Of a stretch of DNA of 64,000 bases, positions 28,460 to 38,956 are shown piece by piece (position 1 is the stretch's first letter; every line of letters begins with the position of its first letter). The notes under the pieces were generated by a model that saw only the letters and a program-made list of their open reading frames with translations, was not told the origin of the DNA and ran no database searches. A program made the position numbers and the translations under genes. The DNA comes from Dehalococcoidia bacterium (GTDB taxonomy: Bacteria; Chloroflexota; Dehalococcoidia; Plut-88900): the NCBI GenBank assembly GCA_965249275.1, contig CBDFLQ010000005.1:288001-352000 (forward strand), written 5' to 3'.

Positions 28460-28894
28460 ATGCAGAAATCAACCAAGCAACCGTGGATGCCCGCCGACGA
28501 GTATGGGCGCACCCTTCCGCCCCTGTCCTTTAACCTGCTGGTACGGAAATTGTCACGGTCCATTCCCTTTTACGAGAACGTGCTGGGAGCGGAGGTTGTT
28601 TACTGGGACGAGGATTTCGCGGCACTGAGAATCGGCGGGGTCGACTTCATGCTCCATGCCGACCACACCTACGAAGACCACCCGTGGGTCGATCCGCTAG
28701 CTTCGGGGATGATGCGGGGTCTCGGGGCTGAGCTGAGGGCGCTGGGTCTGGATCCCGATGAGGTCGAGGCACGGGCGCGTGGGGCTCGGGCGACTATCGT
28801 GGAGCCGGCAAAGGACAAGCCACACGGGTGGCGGGAGACAATGATCGCGGACCCGGACGGGTACGTATGGGCAGTGGGGGTCAAGATCCCCTAA
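28460..28894 (+). CDS. VOC/glyoxalase family protein
   Basis: FYENVLGA, DKPHGWRE, DPDGYVW. Confidence 0.85.
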   Translation: MQKSTKQPWMPADEYGRTLPPLSFNLLVRKLSRSIPFYENVLGAEVVYWDEDFAALRIGGVDFMLHADHTYEDHPWVDPLASGMMRGLGAELRALGLDPDEVEARARGARATIVEPAKDKPHGWRETMIADPDGYVWAVGVKIP

Positions 28895-28941
28895 TCCTCT
28901 TCGATACGACAATGAGGAACTCCTAGGAAAGCTATCTCCGT

Positions 28942-29682
28942 ATGCCTGCAACGATTTTTGTACGATCTCCGATTGTGTCTGCACGGCCGCCTGTTTTGCT
29001 AGTGCACGGGGCTGCCAACTCGTCATCGGCCTGGAAGTTCTGGCAAAAAGCTCTCGCCCGGCGAGGCTGGAGCAGCTATGCGATAGACCTTCGGGGGCAC
29101 GGTAAGAGCGGTGGCTCGGTGGACGGGGCACTGATGTCGGACTACGTCGCTGATGTCACGGAGGTGGCGAATGAGCTCTCGGTAAAGCCGGTAGTGATGG
29201 GATGGAGTATGGGAGGGCTGGTCGCCTTGATGACCGCCGCGGCGGGTCGGGCGAGGGCGTGTGTAGCTTTATCTCCGACCCCACCGGCTACCGAGCGGGA
29301 CATGAGCGTCGAGATCCGCCGAGGTGTGTACGGCTCAGAGGAGTATGGAATCAGAAGCGCCGACCCAGCCATACAGCCTGCCATGTGCGATCTCGACGAA
29401 GAGGAACGCTCGGTTGCTCTCGGATCCCTATCCCAGGAATCCCGATCGGCGAGGGATGAGCGAAAGGCGGGAGTCGTTATTTCGTCAATGCCCTGCCCTT
29501 TGCTTCTAGTCACGGGGAGCGAAGACCGAGTCTTTCCGCGGTCGGAGTATGCAGAGATGGGTATTGGGGCCGAGCACCTGGAGGCAGAGGGAGCGTCACA
29601 CTGGGGTCTCGTGGTCAACCGGCGCGTGCTGCCGAGTCTGGCAAGAAGTGTGACCGAGTGGTTGAACGGGAAGGTTGGGTAA
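28942..29682 (+). CDS. Alpha/beta hydrolase
   Basis: LVHG, DLRGHG, GWSMGG, SHWGL. Confidence 0.88.
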   Translation: MPATIFVRSPIVSARPPVLLVHGAANSSSAWKFWQKALARRGWSSYAIDLRGHGKSGGSVDGALMSDYVADVTEVANELSVKPVVMGWSMGGLVALMTAAAGRARACVALSPTPPATERDMSVEIRRGVYGSEEYGIRSADPAIQPAMCDLDEEERSVALGSLSQESRSARDERKAGVVISSMPCPLLLVTGSEDRVFPRSEYAEMGIGAEHLEAEGASHWGLVVNRRVLPSLARSVTEWLNGKVG

Positions 29683-29694
29683 GCCGGACCGTTC

Positions 29695-30861
29695 TTAGAC
29701 TCGCGTCTCCGCCCCTAGGCCTTCCAGCAATCCCTTGACCCGGGCCAGGAACCTGATTGCCTGGTCGCCGTCCAGGGCGCGGTGGTCGAAAGATAGGCAG
29801 AGATTCATCATCGAGCGGACGGCGATGGCGTCGTCGCCGATGACGACGGGACGCTTGACTATGGCCTCGGTGGTCATGATGGCGGCCTGGGGCGGGTTGA
29901 TTAGAGGCATACTCAGCACGGACCCCAAAGCTCCCGTATTGTTCACGGTGAAGGTGCCACCCTGCACGTCGGTGGGGCCCAGCTTGTCATCCCGCGCCTT
30001 TTCGATGAGGGAGTTCGCGTCCCGGGTAAGCTCGGCGACAGTTTTCCTGTCGGCGTTCTTGAGCACCGGTACGATCAGTCCCTTGTCTCGGGCGACGGCG
30101 ATGCCGAGGTTGATCTCGTTCTTAAGGACGATTCTGTCGTCCTGCCAGGAAGAGTTGATCTCGGGAGCAGAGCGCAGGGCCGAGGCCACGGCCTGAAGGA
30201 TGAACGGCAGGTAGGTGAGGTTCACACCCTCTCGACTACGGAATTCCTCCTTCAGCCCCTTCACCAGCGCCACGAGTCCAGAGACGTCCACTTCCATCAT
30301 CGTCCATGCGTGGGGTATGTCTCGTGCGCTCTGAGTCATCCTTAGGGCGATGGCTCGTCTCACGGGGTCCAGAGCCCCGCCCGTGGCCGCAGCAGCGACT
30401 TCACTCCCTGCCCCGCGTTTCTCCGCCGCCTGTAGGACGTCGGCCTTGGTGATCCGCCCACCGGCACCCGTGCCTTGCAGAGAGGAAAGGTCAATGCCGT
30501 GTTCGTCGGCGAGTCTGCGCACCAGCGGCGAGTGACGTGCTTGCCGGTCATTCGTACTCTGAGTGGCGTTCTCAGGGGTCGGTGGTAGAGGCGGCGACAC
30601 TGACTTAGGAGCTTCGGATACGACAGTGGCTTCGATGATCGCTATAGGGGTGTCGACGGCAACGGTTTCGCCTTCGGCAACCAGCAATTTGCCCATGAAT
30701 CCGGCAGCCGGGGAGGGCAGTTCAAGGGTGACCTTGTCGGTAACAATCTCGGCTATGGACTCATAGCGCTCGACGGGGTCTCCGGGATGCTTGAGCCACC
30801 GGGCTATGGTGCCCTCGACGATGGTCTCGGCGACCTCGGGCATGGTGACTGTTACGGACAA
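29695..30861 (-). CDS. bkdB: 2-oxoacid dehydrogenase E2 (dihydrolipoamide acyltransferase)
   Basis: TDKV lipoyl site, SP.VRRLA, G.GGRITK.D, FDHR..DG. Confidence 0.88.
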   Translation of the reverse strand: MSVTVTMPEVAETIVEGTIARWLKHPGDPVERYESIAEIVTDKVTLELPSPAAGFMGKLLVAEGETVAVDTPIAIIEATVVSEAPKSVSPPLPPTPENATQSTNDRQARHSPLVRRLADEHGIDLSSLQGTGAGGRITKADVLQAAEKRGAGSEVAAAATGGALDPVRRAIALRMTQSARDIPHAWTMMEVDVSGLVALVKGLKEEFRSREGVNLTYLPFILQAVASALRSAPEINSSWQDDRIVLKNEINLGIAVARDKGLIVPVLKNADRKTVAELTRDANSLIEKARDDKLGPTDVQGGTFTVNNTGALGSVLSMPLINPPQAAIMTTEAIVKRPVVIGDDAIAVRSMMNLCLSFDHRALDGDQAIRFLARVKGLLEGLGAETRV

Positions 30862-30907
30862 CGCGGGTTCCTTTCAGCAGGAAGATCTTGCGGACATGAG
30901 CAGGCGG

Positions 30908-31891
30908 TCAATATGCCGCGAGTTCTCTGAGGGCGGCGGCGATTTTGGCGGGATTGGGCAGGGCGTCGAACTCCATGGTCGGGTGAAAGGGCATTGATGG
31001 AATGTCCGGGGAAGCGACCCTCATCACCGGCCCGTCGAGATATTCGAAGGCCTCCGAGGCGAGTATGGCGGAAAGTTCGGCACCGTAGCCCAGGGTCAGG
31101 TTATCCTCGTAGACAATCAGCGCCTTGCTGGTCTTCTTCACGGAGTCGAGTAACGCACTTTTGTCGAGTGGTGAGAGTGTCCTCAAATCGACGACCTCCA
31201 CGCTCACGCCCTCATCTGCAAGTTCCTCCGCGGCCTCCAGGGAGTAGTGCACCATAAGCCCGTAGGCGAATACGCTTATGTCCGTACCCTCACGCTTTAT
31301 GTCGGCGACGCCGAGAGGCACGGTGTAGTCCTCGTCCGGCACCTCACCTTTGATGAGCCTGTAGGTGCGCTTGTGTTCCAGAAACATCACGGGGTCCGGG
31401 TCCCGGATGCTTGACTTGAGCAGGCCCTTGGCGTCGTAGGGAGTGGACGGGGCTACAACCTTGAGGCCCGGGATGTGAGCGAGCTGCACCTCGATGCTCT
31501 GGGAGTGGTACAGACCACCGTGTATCCCGGCACCGTAGGGTGTTCGCATAACCATCGGCACGGTGAATGCGCCGTCTGAGCGGTAGCGGAACTTGGCAGC
31601 CTCGTTGACGAGCTGGTCGTAGGCAGGGAACATGAAGTCGGCGAACTGTATCTCGGCGACGGGACGCATGCCGTTGACTGCCATGCCTATGGCTATGCCG
31701 ACAATGGCAGTTTCCGCGAGGGGGGTATCTATGATTTGGCGCTCCCCGAAGCGGGCCAAGAACCCCTCCGTAGCCCGGAAGGCCCCACCCATGTTACCAA
31801 CGTCCTCGCCCATGATGACGACACTGTCGTCGCGCTCCAGCTCTTCGGCGAGGGCCTCTTTGATCGCCTCCAGAACCGTCTTTTCCGCCAC
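30908..31891 (-). CDS. bkdAB: 2-oxoacid (branched-chain) dehydrogenase E1 beta
   Basis: GEDVG, DTPLAE, AEIQFADF, HSQS. Confidence 0.88.
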   Translation of the reverse strand: MAEKTVLEAIKEALAEELERDDSVVIMGEDVGNMGGAFRATEGFLARFGERQIIDTPLAETAIVGIAIGMAVNGMRPVAEIQFADFMFPAYDQLVNEAAKFRYRSDGAFTVPMVMRTPYGAGIHGGLYHSQSIEVQLAHIPGLKVVAPSTPYDAKGLLKSSIRDPDPVMFLEHKRTYRLIKGEVPDEDYTVPLGVADIKREGTDISVFAYGLMVHYSLEAAEELADEGVSVEVVDLRTLSPLDKSALLDSVKKTSKALIVYEDNLTLGYGAELSAILASEAFEYLDGPVMRVASPDIPSMPFHPTMEFDALPNPAKIAAALRELAAY

Positions 31892-31892
31892 G

Positions 31893-32921
31893 CTACACCC
31901 CGTCCGTGGAGTAGATCCGGGTGTACGCGCTAGCAGAGGTGGGATCGGGGCTTGCCTCTGCGGAGTCCACAGCCTCATCCAGTATCGTCATCACTTCTTC
32001 TTCAAGTTCAGCCGCGCGGGTCTCATCCAGAACAGTAAGGTTTATGAGAAGGTTTCTGTACCGGGCCACGGGGTCCGACTCCCGCTCTGCGCTAAGGTCT
32101 TCGGGCGTGCGGTAGCGGCGGTGATCGTCGTTGCTGCTGTGGGAACTGAAGCGGTGGACCTTGGCCTCGATGAGGGTCGGACCTTCGCCGCGGACGGCGC
32201 GGTCTCGGGCTTCTCTCGTGGCACGGACAACGTCTAAGACGTTCATCCCGTCAACCGTGACCCCCGGCATCCCGTAGCCCTCGGCCTTGCTTGATATATC
32301 CTGCACCACCATCTGCCTGGACTGCGGGACCGATATTGCCCAGCCGTTGTTTTCGCAGAAGAATATGACCGGCAGCTTGTGGACGGCTGCGAAGTTCATG
32401 GCCTCGTGGAAATCGCCTTTGCTGGTCGCACCGTCGCCGAAGTAGGTGATGGAGACCGCATCTTCCCCTCTGTGTTTGGAGGCGAATGCCGTCCCGACAC
32501 CGTGGAGGATCTGCGTGGCGACACAGCTCGAGCCGCTGATAATGTTCCGCTCTTTGCTGCTGTAGTGGCCAGGGAGTTGGCGTCCGCCGCTGTACGGGTC
32601 AGCGGCCTTGCCGAGGGCATGAAGCACCATATCTTTCGGCTCGGAACCCACGGCAAGGGCCACGGCGAGGTCGCGGTAGTAGGGGACAAAGATGTCGGCG
32701 CCGGGCCTCATGCCGTAGACACTGCCCACCTGCGCTGCCTCGTGGCCTTCGCAGGAGACCATGAAGTAGACCTTTCCCTGCCGGCCGAGCAGCCAGAGCC
32801 GCTCCGACACGGCGCGCGCCGTGAACATGTCACGGTAAATAGCGATGAGGTCTGTGGGGTTGAGTCCTAGTTCGTTGGGGGAGACCTGAACGTCTACAGT
32901 TCCACGGGTCACAGCCATCAC
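31893..32921 (-). CDS. bkdAA: 2-oxoacid (branched-chain) dehydrogenase E1 alpha
   Basis: GHEAAQVG, PYYRD, GGRQ.P.H, GDG..N TPP motif, HSS.DD. Confidence 0.88.
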   Translation of the reverse strand: MMAVTRGTVDVQVSPNELGLNPTDLIAIYRDMFTARAVSERLWLLGRQGKVYFMVSCEGHEAAQVGSVYGMRPGADIFVPYYRDLAVALAVGSEPKDMVLHALGKAADPYSGGRQLPGHYSSKERNIISGSSCVATQILHGVGTAFASKHRGEDAVSITYFGDGATSKGDFHEAMNFAAVHKLPVIFFCENNGWAISVPQSRQMVVQDISSKAEGYGMPGVTVDGMNVLDVVRATREARDRAVRGEGPTLIEAKVHRFSSHSSNDDHRRYRTPEDLSAERESDPVARYRNLLINLTVLDETRAAELEEEVMTILDEAVDSAEASPDPTSASAYTRIYSTDGV

Positions 32922-33103
32922 TCCCCTTTAGTCTGAATCGGGTGCTTTTACCAGCGTAGCATCCGTCAGAGGGGGGCGTCAAACGTCAGAATATGGGGCC
33001 TAAATTGCGCCCCCAACCTAAATGAGATATGCTTTTCTGCGGCAGTAATCCAGACCCGTTATTACCCACCTGACACCTACCGAAAAGCAACGCGGAGGAG
33101 ACC

Positions 33104-34150
33104 ATGAAGGCAATAGTGTTCGAAGAGCACGGTGAAGTCGAAAAGCTTCAATACAAGGAGATCCCCGAACCGAAGGTCGGGCCCAACGAGGTGCTCTTCA
33201 AGATCAGGGCCGCAGGCTGCAACTATAACGACATCTGGGCTCGACGCGGCCTTCCGGGCATGGAGATAATCATGCCGCACGTGTCGGGTTCCGACGCCTC
33301 GGGAGAGGTGGTGGAAGTCGGGAGCGAGGTGCGGAGCGTAAAGCCCGGAGATGACGTGATGGTCCACCCTGGCATAAGCTGCCGCAGCTGCGAAGCCTGC
33401 ACCAGCGGCCAAGAATTCTTCTGCCGCCGTTACCGCATCTGGGGCTTCCAGACCGGGCCCCTGGACGGAGCGGACGCCGAGTATGGCAAGCTTCCCGAGG
33501 CCAACCTGATTCCCAAGCCTGCCAACATCTCCTACCAAGAAGCCGCAACGCTCCCCCTGATTCTCATGACCGTCTGGCGCATGCTCGTGACGCGGGCACG
33601 CATCCAGGCCGGCGACTTCGTCCTGATCTGGGGCGGGGCGGGGGGACTCGGGTCCATGGCGATACAGGTGTGCAACCTGTTTGGGGCCAGAGGGATTGCA
33701 GTGGTCGGGTCAGACGAGAAGACGGAGTACGCCAAGAACCTCGGCGCATACGACACGATCAACCGGAAGACCCAGAAGGTCAGGGACGAGGTGCGCCGGA
33801 TCACAAACAAGGCGGGCGTGGACATCGTCTTCGAGCACACGGGAGAGCAGACCTGGAAGGACAGTGTAGGCGCACTCAAGCGGGGCGGCTCGCTCGTCAC
33901 CTGCGGGGCGACCAGCGGGTTCATCGGCCAGACAGACATCCGATTCCTGTGGAACAAGCAGATGAACTTCTACGGCTCTCACATGGCTTCCAAGGGCGAG
34001 TTCCTACAGGGCATGAAGTTCGTGCAGACCGGGGAGATCAAACCGCTGCCCAGCACGGCCGTGCCTCTGAAAGATGCAGCCATTGCGCAGAAGACGATTG
34101 AGGACGGCGACGTGATGGGCAAGATGATCCTCATACCCGATCATGCCTAG
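33104..34150 (+). CDS. Zn-binding MDR dehydrogenase/reductase
   Basis: C..C..C..C structural Zn cluster, GGAGGLG, CGATSG; GGAGG RBS. Confidence 0.88.
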   Translation: MKAIVFEEHGEVEKLQYKEIPEPKVGPNEVLFKIRAAGCNYNDIWARRGLPGMEIIMPHVSGSDASGEVVEVGSEVRSVKPGDDVMVHPGISCRSCEACTSGQEFFCRRYRIWGFQTGPLDGADAEYGKLPEANLIPKPANISYQEAATLPLILMTVWRMLVTRARIQAGDFVLIWGGAGGLGSMAIQVCNLFGARGIAVVGSDEKTEYAKNLGAYDTINRKTQKVRDEVRRITNKAGVDIVFEHTGEQTWKDSVGALKRGGSLVTCGATSGFIGQTDIRFLWNKQMNFYGSHMASKGEFLQGMKFVQTGEIKPLPSTAVPLKDAAIAQKTIEDGDVMGKMILIPDHA

Positions 34151-35036
34151 CACCGACACTCTACTGGTCCGGAGCGCGCTTTTCGTACCCGCCATAAGGG
34201 AACGGTTCATCGAGAAGGCCCCTGATGCGGGCGCGGACATGATCTGTATCGACCTCGAAGACTCCGTTGCTCTCGCCGAGAAGCCGAAAGGTCGGGAGAT
34301 GGCCCGGGACGCAATGCCCGGGATGAGGCGCACCGGCTACCTGATGGCTGTGCGGGTTAATTCGTTGCAGTCGGGGCTGATAGAGGCCGACCTCGACGCC
34401 GTGGTCATTTCGGATTTGCAGGCCATAGGATTGCCCAAGGCCGACGACCCGGAGATCATCAAGCGTGTCGACCACTATCTGACCATCCTCGAAAAGACTC
34501 GGGGCATACCCGTTGGGCAGGTCATGATATTCCCCTGGATAGAGACGGCCCTGGGCGTGATCAACGCTTACACCCTCTGCACCGCATCCCCCCGGGTGAC
34601 GGCCGCTTCCGTTGGCGGTGAGGACCTGACCTCCGACATGGGGATGGAAAGGACGCGCGAGGGCCGGGAGCTCGAGTACGCCCGCAACCACGTAGCGACG
34701 GCCTGCATAGCGGCGGGCGTCGTGCCCCTGGACACGGTCTTCGCCGATTTCCGGGACACCGAGGGCTTTGAGGCGGACACAGTGCACGGCAAGTCCATCG
34801 GCTTCAAAGGGCGTTACTGCATACACCCTTCCCAGGTGCCCGCAGTGAATGGCATCTACCGCCCAACAGACAGCGAGGTCGAGAATGCCCGCAAGGTTGT
34901 CGGTGCGTACGAAGAGGGGACGCGGCAGGGTCTCGGGGCGGTGAACATGGGTGGGGTCATGGTGGACAAGCCGGTTTACGACCGGGCGATTTCTCTTCTC
35001 GGGCGGCTACGGTTGATCGAAAGCAAGGGCGGGTAG
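34143..35036 (+). CDS. CitE/HpcH-HpaI family acyl-CoA lyase (citryl/malyl-CoA lyase-like)
   Basis: RSALFVP, IDLEDSV, VRVN, IETA, GGEDL, IHPSQ, MVDKP. Confidence 0.9.
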   Translation: MPSTDTLLVRSALFVPAIRERFIEKAPDAGADMICIDLEDSVALAEKPKGREMARDAMPGMRRTGYLMAVRVNSLQSGLIEADLDAVVISDLQAIGLPKADDPEIIKRVDHYLTILEKTRGIPVGQVMIFPWIETALGVINAYTLCTASPRVTAASVGGEDLTSDMGMERTREGRELEYARNHVATACIAAGVVPLDTVFADFRDTEGFEADTVHGKSIGFKGRYCIHPSQVPAVNGIYRPTDSEVENARKVVGAYEEGTRQGLGAVNMGGVMVDKPVYDRAISLLGRLRLIESKGG

Positions 35037-35075
35037 GGGATAGGCGAACGTGACGGAATGGCATTACGGGACCGC

Positions 35076-35203
35076 CCCCGCTCGACCCTTCGACTAAGCT
35101 CAGGATGAGCGCCCCTCACCGGGGAAGGGCAATTGGGTGGACGGCTAGAAAGTCCATGGTGTATGGGTCGGTGCTTGAGATTCCTCGCGGGGCCCCGGAA
35201 TGG
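35076..35203 (+). repeat. Host repeats B (~35076-35112) and A (35178-35203)
   Basis: CCCGCTCGACCCTTCGACTAAGCTCAGGATGAGCG; AGATTCCTCGCGGGGCCCCGGAATG. Confidence 0.75.
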
Positions 35204-35306
35204 TGGGGGGTGAGGTAGGGTAGAGCGGAGGCTGTGCCCACCCGCGCCACGACATAGCCCTATGCCGTTGACACTTAGTTCACACAGTTCCGGACACTAT
35301 GGACGC

Positions 35307-36302
35307 CTAGCACCACGGAAACTCACCATCCCTATTATTTGCCCTACTTCTCAAACTGTTCGGTATGCAGCCACTCAAGTCATTGTCGCTGAGGTCCAGC
35401 CATTTCAGGTTGGCGAGGTTGCCCAACTCCGCCGGTATCTCTCCACTCAATTCATTGTTGCTGAGGCCCACATACTCCAGGTTGGCGAGGTCACCCAACT
35501 CCGCCGGTATCTCTCCACTCAATTCGTTGTTTCCGAGTAATAGCCTTTCCAGGTTGGCAAGGTTGCCCAACTCCGGGGGTATTTCGCCATTCAAGTCATT
35601 GCCACCTAGGTTTAGCGATTCCAGGTTGCTCAGGTTGCCCAACTCCGCCGGTATCTCTCGATTTATATAGTTGCCACTGAGGTACAGCCATTCCAGGTTG
35701 CTCAGGTTGCCCAACTCCGGGGGTATTTCGCCATTCAAGTCATTGTCTCCGAGGTTCAGCTTTACCAGGTTGGCGAGGTTGCCTAACTCCGGGGGTATCT
35801 CTCCACTCAATCCAGTCTTACTGAGGTTCAGACTTTCCAGGTTGGCGAGGTTGCCCAACTCTGCCGGAATCTCTCCACTCAATTTATTCAAGCTGAGGTC
35901 CAGCAATTTCAGGTTGGCGAGGTTGCCCAACTCCGGGGGTATCTCTCCACTCAATCTATTCTCATCGAAGTCAAATACTCCTCCACCGAGATCCAGTACT
36001 TCCAGGCTGGTAAGGTCACCCAACTCCGGCGGTATCTCCCCGACCAACTCGTTCTCGGCAAGGAGCAGTTCTGTAACACGGCCTTCCTCATTAGTGGATA
36101 CGTTGGACCATTTGTGCAGCGGCGCATCAGTCAGCCAGTATTCTTTGTCTGCCCAGTACTCGCCGGTGGTGGCATGGAAGAGCGCAACTAGCGCTTCTCT
36201 ATCAGGTTCATCGGGGCCACATGCCGATAGCGCCGCCATGATAATCAGCCCAAGTAGGCAACAAAGGAGGCCGGTCAGCCATCTTTTCGGTTGCAACTTC
36301 AT
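35307..36302 (-). CDS. Leucine-rich-repeat lipoprotein with plant-specific-type 24-aa LRRs
   Basis: LSAC lipobox; DREALVAL N-cap; about 9 repeats of LSGEIPPELGNLANL (72-bp DNA period). Confidence 0.9.
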   Translation of the reverse strand: MKLQPKRWLTGLLCCLLGLIIMAALSACGPDEPDREALVALFHATTGEYWADKEYWLTDAPLHKWSNVSTNEEGRVTELLLAENELVGEIPPELGDLTSLEVLDLGGGVFDFDENRLSGEIPPELGNLANLKLLDLSLNKLSGEIPAELGNLANLESLNLSKTGLSGEIPPELGNLANLVKLNLGDNDLNGEIPPELGNLSNLEWLYLSGNYINREIPAELGNLSNLESLNLGGNDLNGEIPPELGNLANLERLLLGNNELSGEIPAELGDLANLEYVGLSNNELSGEIPAELGNLANLKWLDLSDNDLSGCIPNSLRSRANNRDGEFPWC

Positions 36303-36645
36303 GGTTCCGCCTACGCCGTCTTATGCCCAATTCCTGTGATCATTGTACATACCGTCGGTGACATACGCCCCTTGCACCCCCACCCCCGAAATTCCCACCC
36401 TTGCCACCATCATTATTCCTTTAGCAGGAATGCATCCCCTCCCCCGTAGGTTCAATCCCTCGTGGAGATGGGATCACGACTCGGCTAGGGCGATTCGGGT
36501 GCTCCAGCCGGCGCCTCGCACTCCTCCGAGGCCACCCCCACCCCGGCTGGCACGAAGATTGCCGCAGAGACATCCGGAAACTCCTTCAAATGCACCCCTT
36601 CGCCCTCGGTATATCAGCCAGGTTGGGTTCCGCGATTAGCAGATC

Positions 36646-37494
36646 TTAGCACCGCGGTAACTCACCGCCAATCCATGCCTTACCTATCAAACTGCGTGGT
36701 ATACAGCCACTCAGTTTGTTGCCTGCGAGGCCCACATCCTCCAGGTTGGCGAGGTCACCCAGCTCCCGCGGTATCTCCCCACTCAATTCATTGTTGCTGA
36801 GGCCCAGCGATTTCAGGTTGGCAAGGTCACCCAACTCCGCCGGTATCTCGCCACTCAAATTATTGGACCTGAGATCTAACCTGACCATGCTGATCATATT
36901 GCCCAACTCTCGCGGTATCTCTCCACTCAATTCATTGTGGCTAAGGAACAGCCGGCCCAGGTTGACAAGATCGCCCAATTCCGCCGGTAACTCTCCACTC
37001 AATTCATTTTGCTCAAGAACCAAGTCCTGCAGGTGGAAGAGGTTTCTCAACGCTGCCGGTATCTCCCCGCTCAAGTTATTGTCATGGAGAGTCAGAAATT
37101 TCATTTTGATCGGGTTTCCCAACTCCGCCGGTATCTCTCCACTCAATTCATTCTCACTGAGGTCCAGCCAGAACAGTTTGGTCAGATTGCCCAGCTCCGG
37201 CGGTATCTCCCCACTCAATCCATTCCTCCTGATGTGCAGTTGTGAAACACGGCCTTCCTTAGTAGTTACGCCGTACCATTCGCCTATCGGCGCATCGCTC
37301 AGCCAGTTTTCATTGTTACGCCAGCTCGGGCCATCCGTTGCGTTGTACAGTGCAACTAGCGCTTCTCTATCCGTTTCGGGCGACGTGGTCGCTGTCGGTC
37401 GCGTGTCGGAGCCACAGGCGGTCAGAAGACCCACTAGCACCAAGCCAACTAGCAAGAAACGCAAATGAACTAGAACCATGTACACATGAGTCAT
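36646..37494 (-). CDS. Leucine-rich-repeat lipoprotein, paralog (true start may be slightly downstream)
   Basis: LTAC lipobox; DREALVALYNATDGPSW N-cap; about 7 LRRs. Confidence 0.9.
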   Translation of the reverse strand: MTHVYMVLVHLRFLLVGLVLVGLLTACGSDTRPTATTSPETDREALVALYNATDGPSWRNNENWLSDAPIGEWYGVTTKEGRVSQLHIRRNGLSGEIPPELGNLTKLFWLDLSENELSGEIPAELGNPIKMKFLTLHDNNLSGEIPAALRNLFHLQDLVLEQNELSGELPAELGDLVNLGRLFLSHNELSGEIPRELGNMISMVRLDLRSNNLSGEIPAELGDLANLKSLGLSNNELSGEIPRELGDLANLEDVGLAGNKLSGCIPRSLIGKAWIGGELPRC

Positions 37495-37643
37495 TATAAA
37501 CCCCCTCCCCCCATAGTCGGGCCAACTGCTCCATGAATCGGCGGGCCGGTTATACGTGGAGTTTGGGCGTTTTGGTACAATACCTTCGTGCTTACTGATT
37601 AGCCCATCTTGATTCTCACGCCTTATCTCCCGGAGACCGACCC

Positions 37644-38234
37644 ATGGACAGGATTCCCAGCGCCCTTGAGAGGGCCCTCGAAAGAGTAGAAAAGCTCGGC
37701 AGGGCTTCTGCTGAAGACCTTGAAAGGTCCCGGCTTGTAGAAGAGGGTCAGAAGCTGGCTGCTCTGTACCTGAACGGCGAGGCCAACCTGCGGACCGAGT
37801 TGAACAAGTACGAGGATAGCCCCGAGCGGGCAGGCCTGGCAGAAGGGATTGAGGAAGTCCTGATTCGAAATCTCGCCCTGCCCACCACAGACGCCGCTAA
37901 GGACCGCAACAAGCTAGCCATGGACGGACTCAAGATGACCAAAAAGGACCCGGGCGCGGTGGAGAACATATTCAGCAAGATGCGGCAGATATTCAACCAC
38001 TACACGGGGCAAGGGGAGATGCAGCGCAAAGAGGCCCAGGAAAACCTGAAGCGGGATATGCAAATGCGGCTGTCCCAGATGGCCCGACAGCAGGGCATGC
38101 CCCCAATCGACCTGCAGCACATCGAGAGACACCCGCAATTTCAGATGGAGTGGCGCAAGGCCCGGGCTCAAATGGAGGCCCAGTACGACCTATACATGAA
38201 GGAGTACAAGGAGCAACTCTCGGCGCTGGCCTAG
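37644..38234 (+). CDS. Conserved helical hypothetical protein (DUF6657-like)
   Basis: I.SALERALER N-terminus; GGAG RBS. Confidence 0.65.
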   Translation: MDRIPSALERALERVEKLGRASAEDLERSRLVEEGQKLAALYLNGEANLRTELNKYEDSPERAGLAEGIEEVLIRNLALPTTDAAKDRNKLAMDGLKMTKKDPGAVENIFSKMRQIFNHYTGQGEMQRKEAQENLKRDMQMRLSQMARQQGMPPIDLQHIERHPQFQMEWRKARAQMEAQYDLYMKEYKEQLSALA

Positions 38235-38249
38235 CTCCGATACCCGGCC

Positions 38250-38951
38250 ATGGACGCAGACTTCGACCCCAAGGACGACCGCATCGGATACGCCATCGAG
38301 AACACGCACTTCCTGCGCGTCCCGCGGCAGCACCTCTCCACATTCGGGACCACCAACGTGCGCTACTTCCTGCTGACCACGCCCGCCTACTCGGGGGTCG
38401 TGCAGTCTTCCGAGGACACCGTGATCCGGGAAGGGCGCGTAATCTCGGAGCAGCCGAGGGTGGTAACTCCGGGGTACATGCTAAACCTGCAGGGATTCGG
38501 GGACGGGGCTCGGGACTATTTCGAGCGCCTGATCAACGAGCAGGGGCCCAACGTGCCCGGCATCCTCTACCACTACCGCAACGAGCAGGAGAACCTGAAC
38601 ATCGTCAGCGGCACCGTGTTGTCGGTAATGGACAGGATCGAGAAGGACGTGGGGGACGACCCGCTGGTCGGGATCATTCGTGGCATAGACGAGATGTGGG
38701 ACGTATCGCTGTTGAAGTTCATCCACGACCTCACATCCCGCTCGCTGGAGGGCAACGTACGTGAGCTGCAGGGGTCTGGGCTGCTGGGTGTTGACTCCTC
38801 GGGGGCGACCGGGGACGCTCGACGGCGCATCGAGGATATGTTCATGCGGGTTGCCAAAAAGTCGGCCGACCCCGACGATCTGCGCCGGGAGCTAGAACGC
38901 TGGGGCCTCTTCTCCGAGTACGAAGACCGCTTCCTCAGGATGTTCAGGTAA
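38250..38951 (+). CDS. Conserved hypothetical protein
   Basis: 233-aa ORF with genome-typical codon usage; YAIENT..R.PRQ.L.TFGTT, LE.WGLF.EYEDRF. Confidence 0.75.
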   Translation: MDADFDPKDDRIGYAIENTHFLRVPRQHLSTFGTTNVRYFLLTTPAYSGVVQSSEDTVIREGRVISEQPRVVTPGYMLNLQGFGDGARDYFERLINEQGPNVPGILYHYRNEQENLNIVSGTVLSVMDRIEKDVGDDPLVGIIRGIDEMWDVSLLKFIHDLTSRSLEGNVRELQGSGLLGVDSSGATGDARRRIEDMFMRVAKKSADPDDLRRELERWGLFSEYEDRFLRMFR

Positions 38952-38956
38952 GCCGG

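Noticed and set aside
35365-37468. Long + strand ORFs with RLARLPNSGGISPL repeats
   Set aside because: Antisense shadows of the LRR genes.
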